A stretch of DNA of 64,000 bases from contig JBDRRF010000079.1 in NCBI GenBank assembly GCA_043825875.1, positions 64,001-128,000 of the forward strand, read 5' to 3'. The stretch comes from Pseudomonadota bacterium (GTDB taxonomy: Bacteria; Desulfobacterota; Desulfobacteria; Desulfobacterales; RPRI01). The position numbers and the translations under genes are program-made. The first letter of the stretch is position 1. Every line of letters begins with the position of its first letter. Below, piece by piece: positions 46,760 to 57,544 of this stretch. Below the pieces are notes generated by a model. That model did no database searches and was not told the origin of the DNA. It saw nothing but the letters and a program-made list of their open reading frames with translations.

Positions 46760-48607
46760 CTATCCCCAAAGAGCATCATTTAGCCCGGATGTTCTTTGAG
46801 TTTTTCTTAAGATTGCAGTTCTTAGTATGCTCTCGGTTCCGACTATAGTCAATTTTCCCGTGGTTCTTGTAATGCCTGTATATATCAGTTCCCTTGTCAA
46901 CACTGGGTAATCTTTTTCCGGAAGGACTACTACAACATTGTCAAATTCGGAGCCCTGGCTTTTATGAACGGTCATTGCATAAGCTGTTTCATGTTTGGGG
47001 AGAATACCGGGTTTGAACTTTCTTTTTGCTTCCATATTACTGTCAAAATATGCATACAGGTTATCATCTTCATCTCGTGCCGGCATAATTAAACCCATAT
47101 CACCGTTAAACAGCCCAAGGTTATAGCTGTTTTCCTTTATAAGAACCGGCCTTCCCCTGTACCATTGACTTGAAATATCAATAAGCCTTTTTTTTCTCAG
47201 CACTGATTCAGCAAGAGAGTTTATACCATCAATGCCAAAAGGCCCACTGTTTACGGCACACAGAATTTTAAAGCAACCAAGCAAATTAAGGGCGGATATA
47301 GGATCATCAATATTAAGATAGGAAGAATATCCTTCAATTATCTTTTCTTCAAGAACGCGATAAAGTTCTTTTTGATTATTAGCCTCTTCCCAGCATATTC
47401 CATCATCATTTTTCTCTTTTAAAATTTCGATAGCATATTCTGCTTCACCTTTATTTACAGCCACACTCAACCGGCCTATCCTGCTGTCTTCCGAAAAACG
47501 GTAATTTTTTTTAAGAACCACGATACAGTCATTTAAGCTGTTTTTATCAGATATAACATCCATGTTATCTTGAATTTCTGCATATAATTTTTTATATGAC
47601 TTAATCGGATATCCGGTTATATCACTTCTGTTGCAAATATCTCCCAGTACCGACCCGGCTTGAACAGAAGCAAGCTGGTCTTTATCTCCTGCAAGGATGA
47701 GCCTGGCATCATCCGGCAAAGCTTCAACAAGTTTTGCAAGCAACGCAAGATCAACCATGGATGCCTCATCAATAACAACTATATCTGCGGGAAGTTTATT
47801 GTCGGCATTATAATGAAAACCGGAAGAACGGGAAATAGTTTTTAACATCCTGTGAATCGTATAGGCGTCCTGGGGTATCAAATTCTTTATTTCATCCGAA
47901 CAATCAATATTTTTCTTTGTATTTCTGATGGATTCGGAAAGCTTTGCAGCAGCTTTTCCTGTTGGAGCACACAAATAAATCTTTTGTTTATCACCGGATT
48001 CAACTTCTATCAAAACAGCAAGAATTTTTCCTATTGCTGTTGTTTTTCCCGTGCCGGGGCCACCTGACATAATGCATAATCTTTTATATACACATACAAG
48101 AGAGGCAAGCTTCTGGAGGTTTATCCTTTCACCGGCAACATCGGGGAAATATTTATCAAGAAGCTTTCTTACATGATTTTCATCAAGTTTTGTATCAGGC
48201 CAGGTTATATCATCGTCTGCTTTATTCTTTATGGCTTTTGAAAGAGTATTTTCGTAATACCAAAATTTGTGCAAATAAAGCCTGTTCTTATCATCAAGTA
48301 TCAGAGGCCTGTAATCACCGGGTTTACCAACAACATTTGTTATTTTCAACTTTTCTATCCAGATATCAAGCAAAGGGCATGCAAGCCTTTTATAGTCTTC
48401 CCCTTTTTCAAGAATTACTTTTCCTGCAAAAGCCTTAAGATCAAGGCATACATCACCATTTCCGGCAGCATTACTTACAAGAGCTGCGGCAAGAAAAAGA
48501 TCGGAATCATCAGCATTTTCGAGTTCATTGATAAACTTAGCAAAATGCAAATCAATATTTGTAAATATATTTTTGTTATATAATGATTTTATATAGCTTT
48601 TATTCAT
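46760..48607 (-). CDS. recD: Exodeoxyribonuclease V alpha subunit
   Basis: SGGPGTGKTT, APTGKAA, TIHRML, DEASM, GDKDQLASV, TVHKSQGSEF, YTGITR. Confidence 0.95.
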   Translation of the reverse strand: MNKSYIKSLYNKNIFTNIDLHFAKFINELENADDSDLFLAAALVSNAAGNGDVCLDLKAFAGKVILEKGEDYKRLACPLLDIWIEKLKITNVVGKPGDYRPLILDDKNRLYLHKFWYYENTLSKAIKNKADDDITWPDTKLDENHVRKLLDKYFPDVAGERINLQKLASLVCVYKRLCIMSGGPGTGKTTAIGKILAVLIEVESGDKQKIYLCAPTGKAAAKLSESIRNTKKNIDCSDEIKNLIPQDAYTIHRMLKTISRSSGFHYNADNKLPADIVVIDEASMVDLALLAKLVEALPDDARLILAGDKDQLASVQAGSVLGDICNRSDITGYPIKSYKKLYAEIQDNMDVISDKNSLNDCIVVLKKNYRFSEDSRIGRLSVAVNKGEAEYAIEILKEKNDDGICWEEANNQKELYRVLEEKIIEGYSSYLNIDDPISALNLLGCFKILCAVNSGPFGIDGINSLAESVLRKKRLIDISSQWYRGRPVLIKENSYNLGLFNGDMGLIMPARDEDDNLYAYFDSNMEAKRKFKPGILPKHETAYAMTVHKSQGSEFDNVVVVLPEKDYPVLTRELIYTGITRTTGKLTIVGTESILRTAILRKTQRTSGLNDALWG

Positions 48608-48616
48608 AGTTGATAA

Positions 48617-51600
48617 TCAATAATCCGGTATCATCGCTTTTCCAAGTGCATCAATTAAAGATATATCCGGCAAATCGTAAAATATCCCCGAACCAGGGGC
48701 TATAGAGTCGTTTACTCCGCGTAAGAAAATATAAAATACTCCACCAAACGAATCACTATAATTATAATCTTTGTATTTAATTCTCAAATACTGGTGGAGA
48801 GCAAGCGAATATAAATGGTACTGGAGTATATATGATTCTTTGTCCATTACTTTGGCAAGATTTGATTTTTGATAATTAAGAAGACTGCCGCCAAGATAAT
48901 TTGATTTCCAGTCAACAATATAAATTTTATCATTGGAGTAAAAGACCATGTCTATATAGCCTTTCATAAAACCTTTTGACGGAGAAAAAGAAAGATTTTC
49001 TATCCAGCCGGGATATTCATCATTTATTTTAATGTTTCCGTGGTCATGAAAGATTTTTCTGATTATTTGAGGACTAATCATTTTTAAGGGAAAATAAAAT
49101 TCCATTTCATTAATTCTTTGTTTAATATCTACTTCCGACAATTTAACTGATTTCTCATTATCATCATAAGGAAAATAAGCATTCAAACCGGCTCCAAGTA
49201 CTTTCTTTATCATGTCGCATACAGTGTTTTTCCATTTTGTCTCAAATCCATATTCTATAAGCTTATCGTCAACAAGTTTTTCTCTATCCTTATAATCTGA
49301 ATCAAGAAAACTCATATTCTCAAAAAGATCATGAAAAAAAGTACCGGGGCTTGCTCCTCTTGGAAATGAAAATATATCCGTTTGATCGGTATTTGCTTGC
49401 TTTTCTAAAAACTCTTCAACAAAGCTTCTTGCATCAGAATCTATATCTCTGCCATCATGAACAGTATAACTGCTTACTACAAGAGATGAATAGCTTGAGA
49501 TTCTATGGATATCATCAATTTTTCCGGTAAATACTCTGGCAAAACACTGCTCAACATTTTTTTCACAAGGAAAGTATTTGCCGGTGTCTGAAGGAGGAAT
49601 AACAGAAACATCAATTGCCCCACCTGCTTTTTTTGAAATTTCTTCCAGATCATAAAGAAGTTTTGCAGTATCCTGACTTTTGAAATAATCCTTTACAGCT
49701 AAAGTAATTTCTTTATCACCATTATATTCATTGCTGCGGGCATAATGAAGAAGATAAGCCAGTGCGGATGATTCTGCTTTATTTATTCGCCCCCATACAA
49801 GATAGCATTTTTCTTTTGCTCTCGTTAAGGCGACATATAAAAGTCTTAAGTTTTCAGAAAGCAGCTCTTTTCCCGCAAGAAATATGCTGTTATCATTTCT
49901 TTCAAGATCAAGCACCAGATTCCTGTCACTGCTTTGCTCATGAAACAGTATTTCCTCATCCCGAACTTCGGACCCATGCCAGTTAAAAGGACAAAAAACA
50001 ATGCGAAATTCAAGTCCTTTGCTTTTATGTATTGTAACAATCTTTACAGCATCATCATCTGTTTCAAGGCGCAGCAAATGTTCTTCCTGAGTTTGCCTTA
50101 AAATATCCCTTTGTTCTGCAAACCATCTTATAAGTCCGGCAATGCCCGGTTTTTTTTCTATCGATACCTTATGCAAAATATCCGAAAGGTGAAGTATGTT
50201 TGTTATTCGCCTATCCCCGTCATAAAATAAAGCAAGGTGCTCTTTAATTCTTTCTTTCTTCATCAAATAACCAAACATCTTAATAAAGCTGTATTTATTC
50301 CATAAACGTTGACATTCAATGAATAAAGATTGCCATTTCTCCAGTAACACAGGGTTATATTCATAAGAATTTATCTCTTCGCCTGTAACACCAAAGATAT
50401 CGGTTATGATGGCTGATTTAACTTTACTTTCATTAGATGGATCAGAAACAGCAGCCAAAACTCTTCCAAGTTCCATAGCTTCATCGGAGTCAAAGACATT
50501 ATCAATACTGTATATTACAGAATGAATCCTTCTTTTGGAAAGTGAATTTTTCACCATCCTGGCCTGTGTGTTTGTTCTTACAAGTATGGCGATATCACTT
50601 TGCTTAACAGTTTCCGCTTTTTCGCTATACGCTGATTTCAGAAGGCGTAAAATCTCTGATGCTACAGATTCCGAAATTATTTTTTCAGCATTATTCTTCG
50701 TGATAGCCTTGTTGTTTTGAGTATAGTCATCGGAGAAAAGATGCCACAGAGTTAAAGGCGCACCGGATAAGCAGAACTTGTTTTCGCTGATGCATTTTTC
50801 CCTATGCCCTGGTATGCCTTTTATAAAGGAGATCTCTTCAAATACAAACGGGTGTTTTACACCTGAAAATATCGCATTTACAGCCTCAATCAAACCCGGA
50901 GAAGATCTCCAGTTTTCTATAAGAGTATTTTTTTTATCCGATTTTTTAGCTGCTTTGATGTATGAGAATATATCTGCTCCGCGAAAGCTGTATATAGACT
51001 GTTTAGGATCTCCGATAATAAAAAGAACACTTTCTTTAGAATCAAAAAGATTGTAAAAAATTTCATACTGTATAATATCGGTATCCTGAAACTCGTCAAT
51101 TAGCGCTGCCTTGTATTTTTTACGGATCGATGCAGCAAGGTTATTGCTGTCATGACTTAAAATGGCATCTTTTACTTTGGTTAAAAGATCATCATAATAT
51201 TGGATGTTCTTGCTTTGTTTCTTTTTTTCAAGCTCTTTATCTGCAAACGTTATAAATGCCTTCTTAAGATAAATGATGTATCTGTCAAACTCAGCTTTTA
51301 CTTCATTACTTGTTTCTAATAGTTTTTCGCAAAGATCAAAAAATTTATGGGAAGGGCTTGTCTGTTTTGCCTTTGTTGATTTTTTGATTTTTTCCGAACA
51401 AAAGTATTCAAATTTATCATATAGAGGAAAGCTAACATGCCTGTCATCTAAAAATCTTTCCATCCCGGAAAGCATAGACTGTATTTTAATCTCTCTTTTA
51501 GACAATCCGTTTCCTGCAGGCTCTATGGTTCCATATATATTTCCTTTTAAAACAGGATCAGAAAGCAAAACCAAAATTTCATCTTTAGAAGCTACCCATA

Positions 51601-52300
51601 TTCTTTTTACCTCTTTAATAATACTTCGAAATTCGGAAAGCTTTTCAAATACAGGCTTTTTAATTTCGGGTATTATCCTTATCCGATGAAATATCTGTTT
51701 TGAAGCAAGTCTTGAAAAATAATGCGGCCCGGATATCTGCTTTAAACTGTAGTTTATAAATTCAGGCTCTGACCTGTAGAAATTAATTCTCCAGAAATCT
51801 TCTGCAATTTCTAATATCAAATCGGTCTGGTCGGTAACAAGTTCGGTATCAAACAAATTTCCTGTTTCAAAAGAATAATCGGAAAGGATTCTTGCGCAAA
51901 AGCCATGAATGGTAAATATTGCAGCCTCGTTGAAATTAATAAGTGCGTTACTTAACAAATCAGAGACAAGAGCGTGATTTTCATATTTTTCACAAAGAGC
52001 TTCAATTAATGCATCATCTGACTTCTTATCTTTTGTCTCGGCAGAAAAAGCTTCTTTCGCCTTTGTGAGTTTGCTTCTGATTCTTTCTTTTAAATTTTCA
52101 GTAGCTGCTTTCGTAAATGTTACAACTAAAATTTGATCTATTGTAAGCTTATTTTCAATAATAAGCCTTACAAAAAGACTTTCTATCGTATAAGTTTTAC
52201 CTGTTCCTGCACCTGCCTCTATAAGGTTAGTTCCGTTTAGCTGTGCATTAATTAGATCAAACTGTTTCATAGGTTTGCTGGCTCTTATGTTTTTATTCAA
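48617..52300 (-). CDS. recB: Exodeoxyribonuclease V beta subunit
   Basis: EAGAGTGKT, DEFQDT, GDPKQSIY.FRGAD, TIHKSKGLEF, YVALTRA, nuclease GYID…VDWKSN. Confidence 0.95.
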   Translation of the reverse strand: MNKNIRASKPMKQFDLINAQLNGTNLIEAGAGTGKTYTIESLFVRLIIENKLTIDQILVVTFTKAATENLKERIRSKLTKAKEAFSAETKDKKSDDALIEALCEKYENHALVSDLLSNALINFNEAAIFTIHGFCARILSDYSFETGNLFDTELVTDQTDLILEIAEDFWRINFYRSEPEFINYSLKQISGPHYFSRLASKQIFHRIRIIPEIKKPVFEKLSEFRSIIKEVKRIWVASKDEILVLLSDPVLKGNIYGTIEPAGNGLSKREIKIQSMLSGMERFLDDRHVSFPLYDKFEYFCSEKIKKSTKAKQTSPSHKFFDLCEKLLETSNEVKAEFDRYIIYLKKAFITFADKELEKKKQSKNIQYYDDLLTKVKDAILSHDSNNLAASIRKKYKAALIDEFQDTDIIQYEIFYNLFDSKESVLFIIGDPKQSIYSFRGADIFSYIKAAKKSDKKNTLIENWRSSPGLIEAVNAIFSGVKHPFVFEEISFIKGIPGHREKCISENKFCLSGAPLTLWHLFSDDYTQNNKAITKNNAEKIISESVASEILRLLKSAYSEKAETVKQSDIAILVRTNTQARMVKNSLSKRRIHSVIYSIDNVFDSDEAMELGRVLAAVSDPSNESKVKSAIITDIFGVTGEEINSYEYNPVLLEKWQSLFIECQRLWNKYSFIKMFGYLMKKERIKEHLALFYDGDRRITNILHLSDILHKVSIEKKPGIAGLIRWFAEQRDILRQTQEEHLLRLETDDDAVKIVTIHKSKGLEFRIVFCPFNWHGSEVRDEEILFHEQSSDRNLVLDLERNDNSIFLAGKELLSENLRLLYVALTRAKEKCYLVWGRINKAESSALAYLLHYARSNEYNGDKEITLAVKDYFKSQDTAKLLYDLEEISKKAGGAIDVSVIPPSDTGKYFPCEKNVEQCFARVFTGKIDDIHRISSYSSLVVSSYTVHDGRDIDSDARSFVEEFLEKQANTDQTDIFSFPRGASPGTFFHDLFENMSFLDSDYKDREKLVDDKLIEYGFETKWKNTVCDMIKKVLGAGLNAYFPYDDNEKSVKLSEVDIKQRINEMEFYFPLKMISPQIIRKIFHDHGNIKINDEYPGWIENLSFSPSKGFMKGYIDMVFYSNDKIYIVDWKSNYLGGSLLNYQKSNLAKVMDKESYILQYHLYSLALHQYLRIKYKDYNYSDSFGGVFYIFLRGVNDSIAPGSGIFYDLPDISLIDALGKAMIPDY

Positions 52301-52886
52301 CAGGATCTTTGTAATAGCAGTTTAAAATCGAAACCATTTCTTCTTTTCCGTTTGCAATCCGGCAACATTTATCCCATAAATCTACACTTATAAATTCAAA
52401 CAATGGCTGATCGACATTTTTAATTTTCTTAAAAGCGGAAAGTAATTTCTTATCCCATGATTGGTAGTATTTAGCCAAATCATCAGGATAAACTATCTTT
52501 CTCCGTTTACCTTCATCATTTGGCCTGAAAGATCTGATTATATTAAAACACCCATAGTCATTTGTTATTTGCTCGCCTGCTTTAATATCTCTTATGGATA
52601 TTTCAAAATCAAAGGCAGTAATCATACAATTAGGATCGAAGCTATGATTTACGAATTTGGTATTGTCCCAGCACAGAACATAGCGTCCGGAATTATTTCT
52701 AAAGCAGTATTTGCTCACAGCATCTAAAAACTCCTTCGGGAATTCTTCTATTTCCGAAGGAGAGAAAACGCGATCCAGTTTATCAAGAACCCAGGTTACC
52801 GTACCTTCAGGAATAAATCTGGTGGCTACTACTCCGTAACCAAGCTCATCGTTTATAAAATGTAATTTGGTATCGGGATGAATCAA
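52293..52886 (-). CDS. SET domain protein
   Basis: GYGVVAT, FVNHSFDPN, RDIKAGEQITNDY. Confidence 0.88.
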   Translation of the reverse strand: MIHPDTKLHFINDELGYGVVATRFIPEGTVTWVLDKLDRVFSPSEIEEFPKEFLDAVSKYCFRNNSGRYVLCWDNTKFVNHSFDPNCMITAFDFEISIRDIKAGEQITNDYGCFNIIRSFRPNDEGKRRKIVYPDDLAKYYQSWDKKLLSAFKKIKNVDQPLFEFISVDLWDKCCRIANGKEEMVSILNCYYKDPVE

Positions 52887-52897
52887 TGCTTATCTCC

Positions 52898-54301
52898 TCA
52901 ATCGGATTTATTGAATATTTTTAATATCTCCGATATATCAGCGATTTCTTCCAAATCATTAATATCTGCTATGACTTTTTGAGTCTCTTGCTCATCTAAA
53001 AGCAAACGTGTATTACTTTTAAACTTATCAATAATATCATCATCTGCCATTTCATATTTTGCAGAAATGCCTGACTTGGCATAAGTCTTTTTGCCTGTCC
53101 CATTATGCACCATAACTTCAATTTCCGGCCTTAAACCGGCATTATCATCAAGATCGGTAATCAATTTTATTTTTTTCATAAACTCATGAATACGCCTATC
53201 CTCAAGAGTTTCATTTAACTGCCAGGCAGGGCCTGTCTCTATACTGTGTGCTGCAACCGAGAAAACAAAAGGTACGCTGAATTGCGCTTGCACATTAGTT
53301 TTAACATCTCTTGTTTTCCATAAAGGGAAATCAGCCAGGCTGCTAAGTTTAACGGTAATTTCCATTATATCTTCGGGCAATATATTATTTGCCGTGATAA
53401 TTTCTTCCAAATGGCATAGCGCATTCTGCATCACACCGCAACAGGGATATCTTTTATAAAACAGCCTTTCCGGAAATACCCATTTATTTCCCAATCCCTG
53501 AGTAATGTATTCGGGCATCCACTGGTCACAACCAAAAGCCCTCCAAAAACCATGATCACCATCCAATACTTCAACATCTCCAGTCGATCCCATTTCGGCG
53601 GACATCACAGCAACTACTTGTGCCAGAGATAAAAACCCGGAAGACATATACTTAGGATCGGAAACGCAAGCAGAACTTACAAATTTACCTACCATAGGAA
53701 CTGGTGCATGATAACCGGCTATCCCCATTGCATGGGCTATTTTATCTGCATCAAGCCCCAAAAGCCTGCCTGCGGCTGCAGCTCCGCCAAAAGCACACAA
53801 ACCATATCCGGGTGTAGGTAAAGGCATTGCAATTTTTCTATCGGGAAGCTCCACAGAAAACCTTCGCCCAAAAACCATTGCAGATGCAATTCTTGTTGCA
53901 AGTTCATGAGCAATTGCGGAAGCAACAATCAATTGCTTTCCGGATACTTTTTTTATTTCACCTATTGTAAGAGGAGCGGCAAGTATATAGGGTGTGGCAT
54001 GTGCGGGCGGAGAAAGCAATGCTTCATAATCTAAGGCATTCATCAACTCGCCTATGGCGTATGCAGCCTGTGCCGCACCCACTCTCTCACTTGTACCCCA
54101 AAGACAGCTTTCTGCCTGTCCTCCCAGCATACGCGCCAGACGAATTGCAGCATCGCCTTTTTGTGTTTTTATTCCACCTATAGCACATCCAATAGTATCA
54201 AGAAGAAGTTTTTTGGTTTCAGAAACAACAAAAGACGGTAAATTTTCGTATTTTATTTCCGCTGCAAAGCGGGCTATTTCTGCTGTTACACCCATATACA
54301 T
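52898..54301 (-). CDS. MmgE/PrpD family protein
   Basis: LLDTIGCAIGG, ALDYE, YKRYPCC, AQFSVPF. Confidence 0.85.
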   Translation of the reverse strand: MYMGVTAEIARFAAEIKYENLPSFVVSETKKLLLDTIGCAIGGIKTQKGDAAIRLARMLGGQAESCLWGTSERVGAAQAAYAIGELMNALDYEALLSPPAHATPYILAAPLTIGEIKKVSGKQLIVASAIAHELATRIASAMVFGRRFSVELPDRKIAMPLPTPGYGLCAFGGAAAAGRLLGLDADKIAHAMGIAGYHAPVPMVGKFVSSACVSDPKYMSSGFLSLAQVVAVMSAEMGSTGDVEVLDGDHGFWRAFGCDQWMPEYITQGLGNKWVFPERLFYKRYPCCGVMQNALCHLEEIITANNILPEDIMEITVKLSSLADFPLWKTRDVKTNVQAQFSVPFVFSVAAHSIETGPAWQLNETLEDRRIHEFMKKIKLITDLDDNAGLRPEIEVMVHNGTGKKTYAKSGISAKYEMADDDIIDKFKSNTRLLLDEQETQKVIADINDLEEIADISEILKIFNKSD

Positions 54302-54313
54302 ACCATAAAAATA

Positions 54314-55318
54314 TCAAGTTTTGGAAAAATGAACTTCATCACCGTCCTTATAACGATATATTTTTGATTCATTTTCAAGTTTTTCAATATGTGTAAGTAC
54401 TATTCCAAGACATCTTGCAAGCACAATAACACTGTCTAACGAGGGATAAACAACTTTCATTAAATCCATCAGTGTGTGGTCTTTATCAGATATAGCTTTA
54501 AATATCTTATCTTCTCTGCTTTTTACAATAGAAAGCACAGGATCTGTAAGCCCAGAGCAGGATTTTATTGAAGGCCCGTGAGAAGGAAATACTTCTTTTG
54601 TCTTATCAAGATATTGATTTATCTTTTTTAAAGACGATTCATACGATATCAGGTCAGAGCCAAAATTATTCAAACCTCCTGTTAGTGTAGAGCTTTTGCC
54701 AAGAAGAAAATCACCTGAAAAAAGTAAAGATTTTGTTTCTTCCCATAAACTTATATCCCAGGGGCTATGACCGGGCGTTAAAACAATTCTGAACTTAAGC
54801 TTTCCTGTACTGATTAAATCACCATCATCCAGTTCTTCATCTATCCCTATTTCACCATATGTGGGATTCCAGAAATGATCTATTACATCAAAATAGATAT
54901 CTTTTACTTCAGGATGCAAAAATAATTGCTCTGAAAAAATGTTTTTTGCAATTGTTTTTACCAAACTTACATATTCACCATATTTTTCTGCCCATTGTTT
55001 TGCTTTGTGGTATGCACAATGTCTGATTTTTGTATATTCGCCAAGGCCTATTCCTCCACCCATATGATCGGGATGCGCATGTGTATATACAATTCTTGAT
55101 ATATCTTTTATATCAAAACCTACCTGATTAAGGGCATATAAAAGTTTTTCACTTTTGCTGTCTGTAAAAGGACCAGTATCAATTAGCATCAACTCATCAT
55201 CAATAATCAGAAAAACATTGGCAAAAGCCTTTTCATTGCCGGAAGAAAAATAAGGGATTCTGAATACGGCAAGATACGGATATAATCTTTCTACATGTAC
55301 ATCATCAAATTTATTCAT
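54314..55318 (-). CDS. MBL-fold metallo-hydrolase
   Basis: LIDTG, THAHPDHMGG, TPGHS, SGD, PSHG. Confidence 0.88.
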   Translation of the reverse strand: MNKFDDVHVERLYPYLAVFRIPYFSSGNEKAFANVFLIIDDELMLIDTGPFTDSKSEKLLYALNQVGFDIKDISRIVYTHAHPDHMGGGIGLGEYTKIRHCAYHKAKQWAEKYGEYVSLVKTIAKNIFSEQLFLHPEVKDIYFDVIDHFWNPTYGEIGIDEELDDGDLISTGKLKFRIVLTPGHSPWDISLWEETKSLLFSGDFLLGKSSTLTGGLNNFGSDLISYESSLKKINQYLDKTKEVFPSHGPSIKSCSGLTDPVLSIVKSREDKIFKAISDKDHTLMDLMKVVYPSLDSVIVLARCLGIVLTHIEKLENESKIYRYKDGDEVHFSKT

Positions 55319-55362
55319 AAAATTCCAAAAAAGGGCAGGCACCATAAAAAGCTTATATAGTT

Positions 55363-55505
55363 GAGCCACTTTCAAAACGTTTCAGTTTGGTCAAGCTCAA
55401 GGCGGGAGAAAATTTCAACCGCAGGAATACATTGAGTATTTCGAGGATTGAAATTTGAGCCCAACGCTTAAGATCGGCCAAAATGGGGCGTTTTGAAACT
55501 GGCTC
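55363..55505. mobile_element. MITE-like element family B, copy 2 (143 bp)
   Basis: Near-identical to 38167-38308 (inverted); flanks AGTT/AGCT. Confidence 0.9.
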
Positions 55506-55641
55506 AGCTTTATAATACCGCCACTTCATACTCCATTTATTTGTTTTGGTTCCATATAAAAACGATATTAATATTTCATCTAAATTTCTAAAGGTAAAGA
55601 GTTTTTTTAGGCTTTATGTGCTTTGTGATTTTATTAGAATT

Positions 55642-56670
55642 TTAATACCAGACAACAGACGAGATGGGATAAGTGATATAAATACTCTGACCGGGATAAT
55701 AATTATTTTCTTTGGCTTTCTCCAAAGGAATTCGAAGAGTAAATACCTGGCTGCCTATACGTATGGAAACCATAACTGTATGTTTTGCAGGTTCAAATGA
55801 AAGCTGGGATAGAACACCTTTTAGCAAATGTTCATCCGGCCCAAGACCCGGCAGCTTTGAGCTTATGGCAATATTGGTATGCGGAATAATAGCCGCACAA
55901 GTCGGTAAAGGAGAGTCCCCTTTCACAAGAATACGCTGCCCATCATCAAGGAGCTTTTCAAACAACCCTGTTGAAACCTGATTCCATGGGCCAAAAATTA
56001 TGTTTTCAAGACCTTTTCCAACAATCTTTCCTTTAAACATCTGTATGACATTATCACAGATTTCATGAAGCCATTTCCAATCATGGCCGGCAATAATAAG
56101 AGTCGTGCCCCATTCCTTAGAAGCCATAAACGCACTGTCCATAATCTGCTGAGCACTGGCAGCATCCACACCGGCTGTAGGTTCATCCAAAATAAGAACT
56201 TCCGGTTTTAATGCAAGCCTGGCCGCCAGAGCAACCCTATGTGCCTCTCCCCCCGAAAGCTGATACCATTTGCGGCCGGAAAATTCTGTTGGAGAAAGCC
56301 CTACCAGCATTAAAGCATCATTCACCTTTTTCAAATACTGCGATTTATTAAAGCCTCTTAAGTTTAATCCATATACAATATTTTCAAAAACCGTTCGTTT
56401 AAGCAAAAAAGGTTCCTGGGGCAACAGACTTACACGGAAACGGACTGCTTCGGAAAAGGGATGGGCTTTTTGGCCTTTATATAATATTGTACCTTCTGAC
56501 GGGCTGTTCACAAAAGCAAGCATGCTTAAAAGAGTGCTCTTGCCGCTCCCGTTAGGACCAACAACCCCGGTTATAGAACCGGCAACAAGCGTTAATTCTT
56601 TGATATCAACCGCCGTATGCCGGTTATAATACTTTTTAATATTCGATAGCTGATAAGCAGGTGTTTGCAT
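55642..56670 (-). CDS. tupC: Tungstate ABC transporter ATPase
   Basis: GPNGSGKST, LSGGE, LDEPT; downstream of tupAB. Confidence 0.82.
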   Translation of the reverse strand: MQTPAYQLSNIKKYYNRHTAVDIKELTLVAGSITGVVGPNGSGKSTLLSMLAFVNSPSEGTILYKGQKAHPFSEAVRFRVSLLPQEPFLLKRTVFENIVYGLNLRGFNKSQYLKKVNDALMLVGLSPTEFSGRKWYQLSGGEAHRVALAARLALKPEVLILDEPTAGVDAASAQQIMDSAFMASKEWGTTLIIAGHDWKWLHEICDNVIQMFKGKIVGKGLENIIFGPWNQVSTGLFEKLLDDGQRILVKGDSPLPTCAAIIPHTNIAISSKLPGLGPDEHLLKGVLSQLSFEPAKHTVMVSIRIGSQVFTLRIPLEKAKENNYYPGQSIYITYPISSVVWY

Positions 56671-56675
56671 GATTA

Positions 56676-57362
56676 TTAACGATTTCTTAGAAATGAAAGA
56701 GAATAATTAACAATAACTGCTATAGCCATCAGGACAAGTCCCAGCGCGACTCCCATGACAAACTCACCCTTGTTTGTTTCAAGCGCAATGGCAGTGGTAA
56801 TGGTTCGGGTATTCCATTTTATATTTCCGCCTACAATCATGGCAATTCCAACCTCTGTAAGCACTCTGCCATAGGCATTCATACAGGCAGACAATATACT
56901 GTAACGCGCTTCCCAAAGAGTTGAAAAAAGGATTTGCCTGGGATTGGCTCCAAGAGATATAAACGTTACCCGCAACTTATCATCTATGCTTTCAACAGCC
57001 GCTGCTGTGAGCGCAACTACAATAGGCAGGGCAAGAACCGTTTGGCCTATGGCTACACCTTCCAAAGTAAAGAGAAGCCCATATTGCCCAAGCGGCCCTC
57101 TATAAGTTAAAAGCGCATAAACCAAAAGCCCTATCAGCACTGTGGGCAAAGACATCAGGGTATCCACAAAGGTTCTTACATGCTTTTTCCATAAAAAATC
57201 ATGATGGCCAAGCAAAAAACCAAGCGGCATGCCTATCAGCAGACTGGCCACCATAGAATATGTGGATACTTTCAGTGTAGCAAATACGGCTGAATAAGTT
57301 TCTCCGTCTCCGCTGGCTAATAATCGAATAGCCTGGAGCAGAGCTTCAATAAGAAAATTCAT
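56676..57362 (-). CDS. tupB: Tungstate ABC transporter permease
   Basis: LPTVLIGL…GPLG..GLLFT, EVGIAMIVGGNI…TRTITTAIALET.KG. Confidence 0.9.
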   Translation of the reverse strand: MNFLIEALLQAIRLLASGDGETYSAVFATLKVSTYSMVASLLIGMPLGFLLGHHDFLWKKHVRTFVDTLMSLPTVLIGLLVYALLTYRGPLGQYGLLFTLEGVAIGQTVLALPIVVALTAAAVESIDDKLRVTFISLGANPRQILFSTLWEARYSILSACMNAYGRVLTEVGIAMIVGGNIKWNTRTITTAIALETNKGEFVMGVALGLVLMAIAVIVNYSLSFLRNR

Positions 57363-57379
57363 TTTTGACCTTAATTAAC

Positions 57380-57521
57380 GAGCCACTTTCAAAACGTTTC
57401 AGTTTGGTCAAGCTCAAGGCGGGAGAAAATTTCAACCGCAGGAATACATTGAGTATTTCGAGGATTGAAATTTGAGCCCAACGCTGAGATCGGCCAAAAT
57501 GGGACGTTTTGAAACTGGCTC
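57380..57521. mobile_element. MITE-like element family B, copy 3 (142 bp)
   Basis: Near-identical to the other copies; TAAC/TAAC target duplication; between tupA and tupB. Confidence 0.92.
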
Positions 57522-57544
57522 TAACGAATAACAAAAAGCCTATC

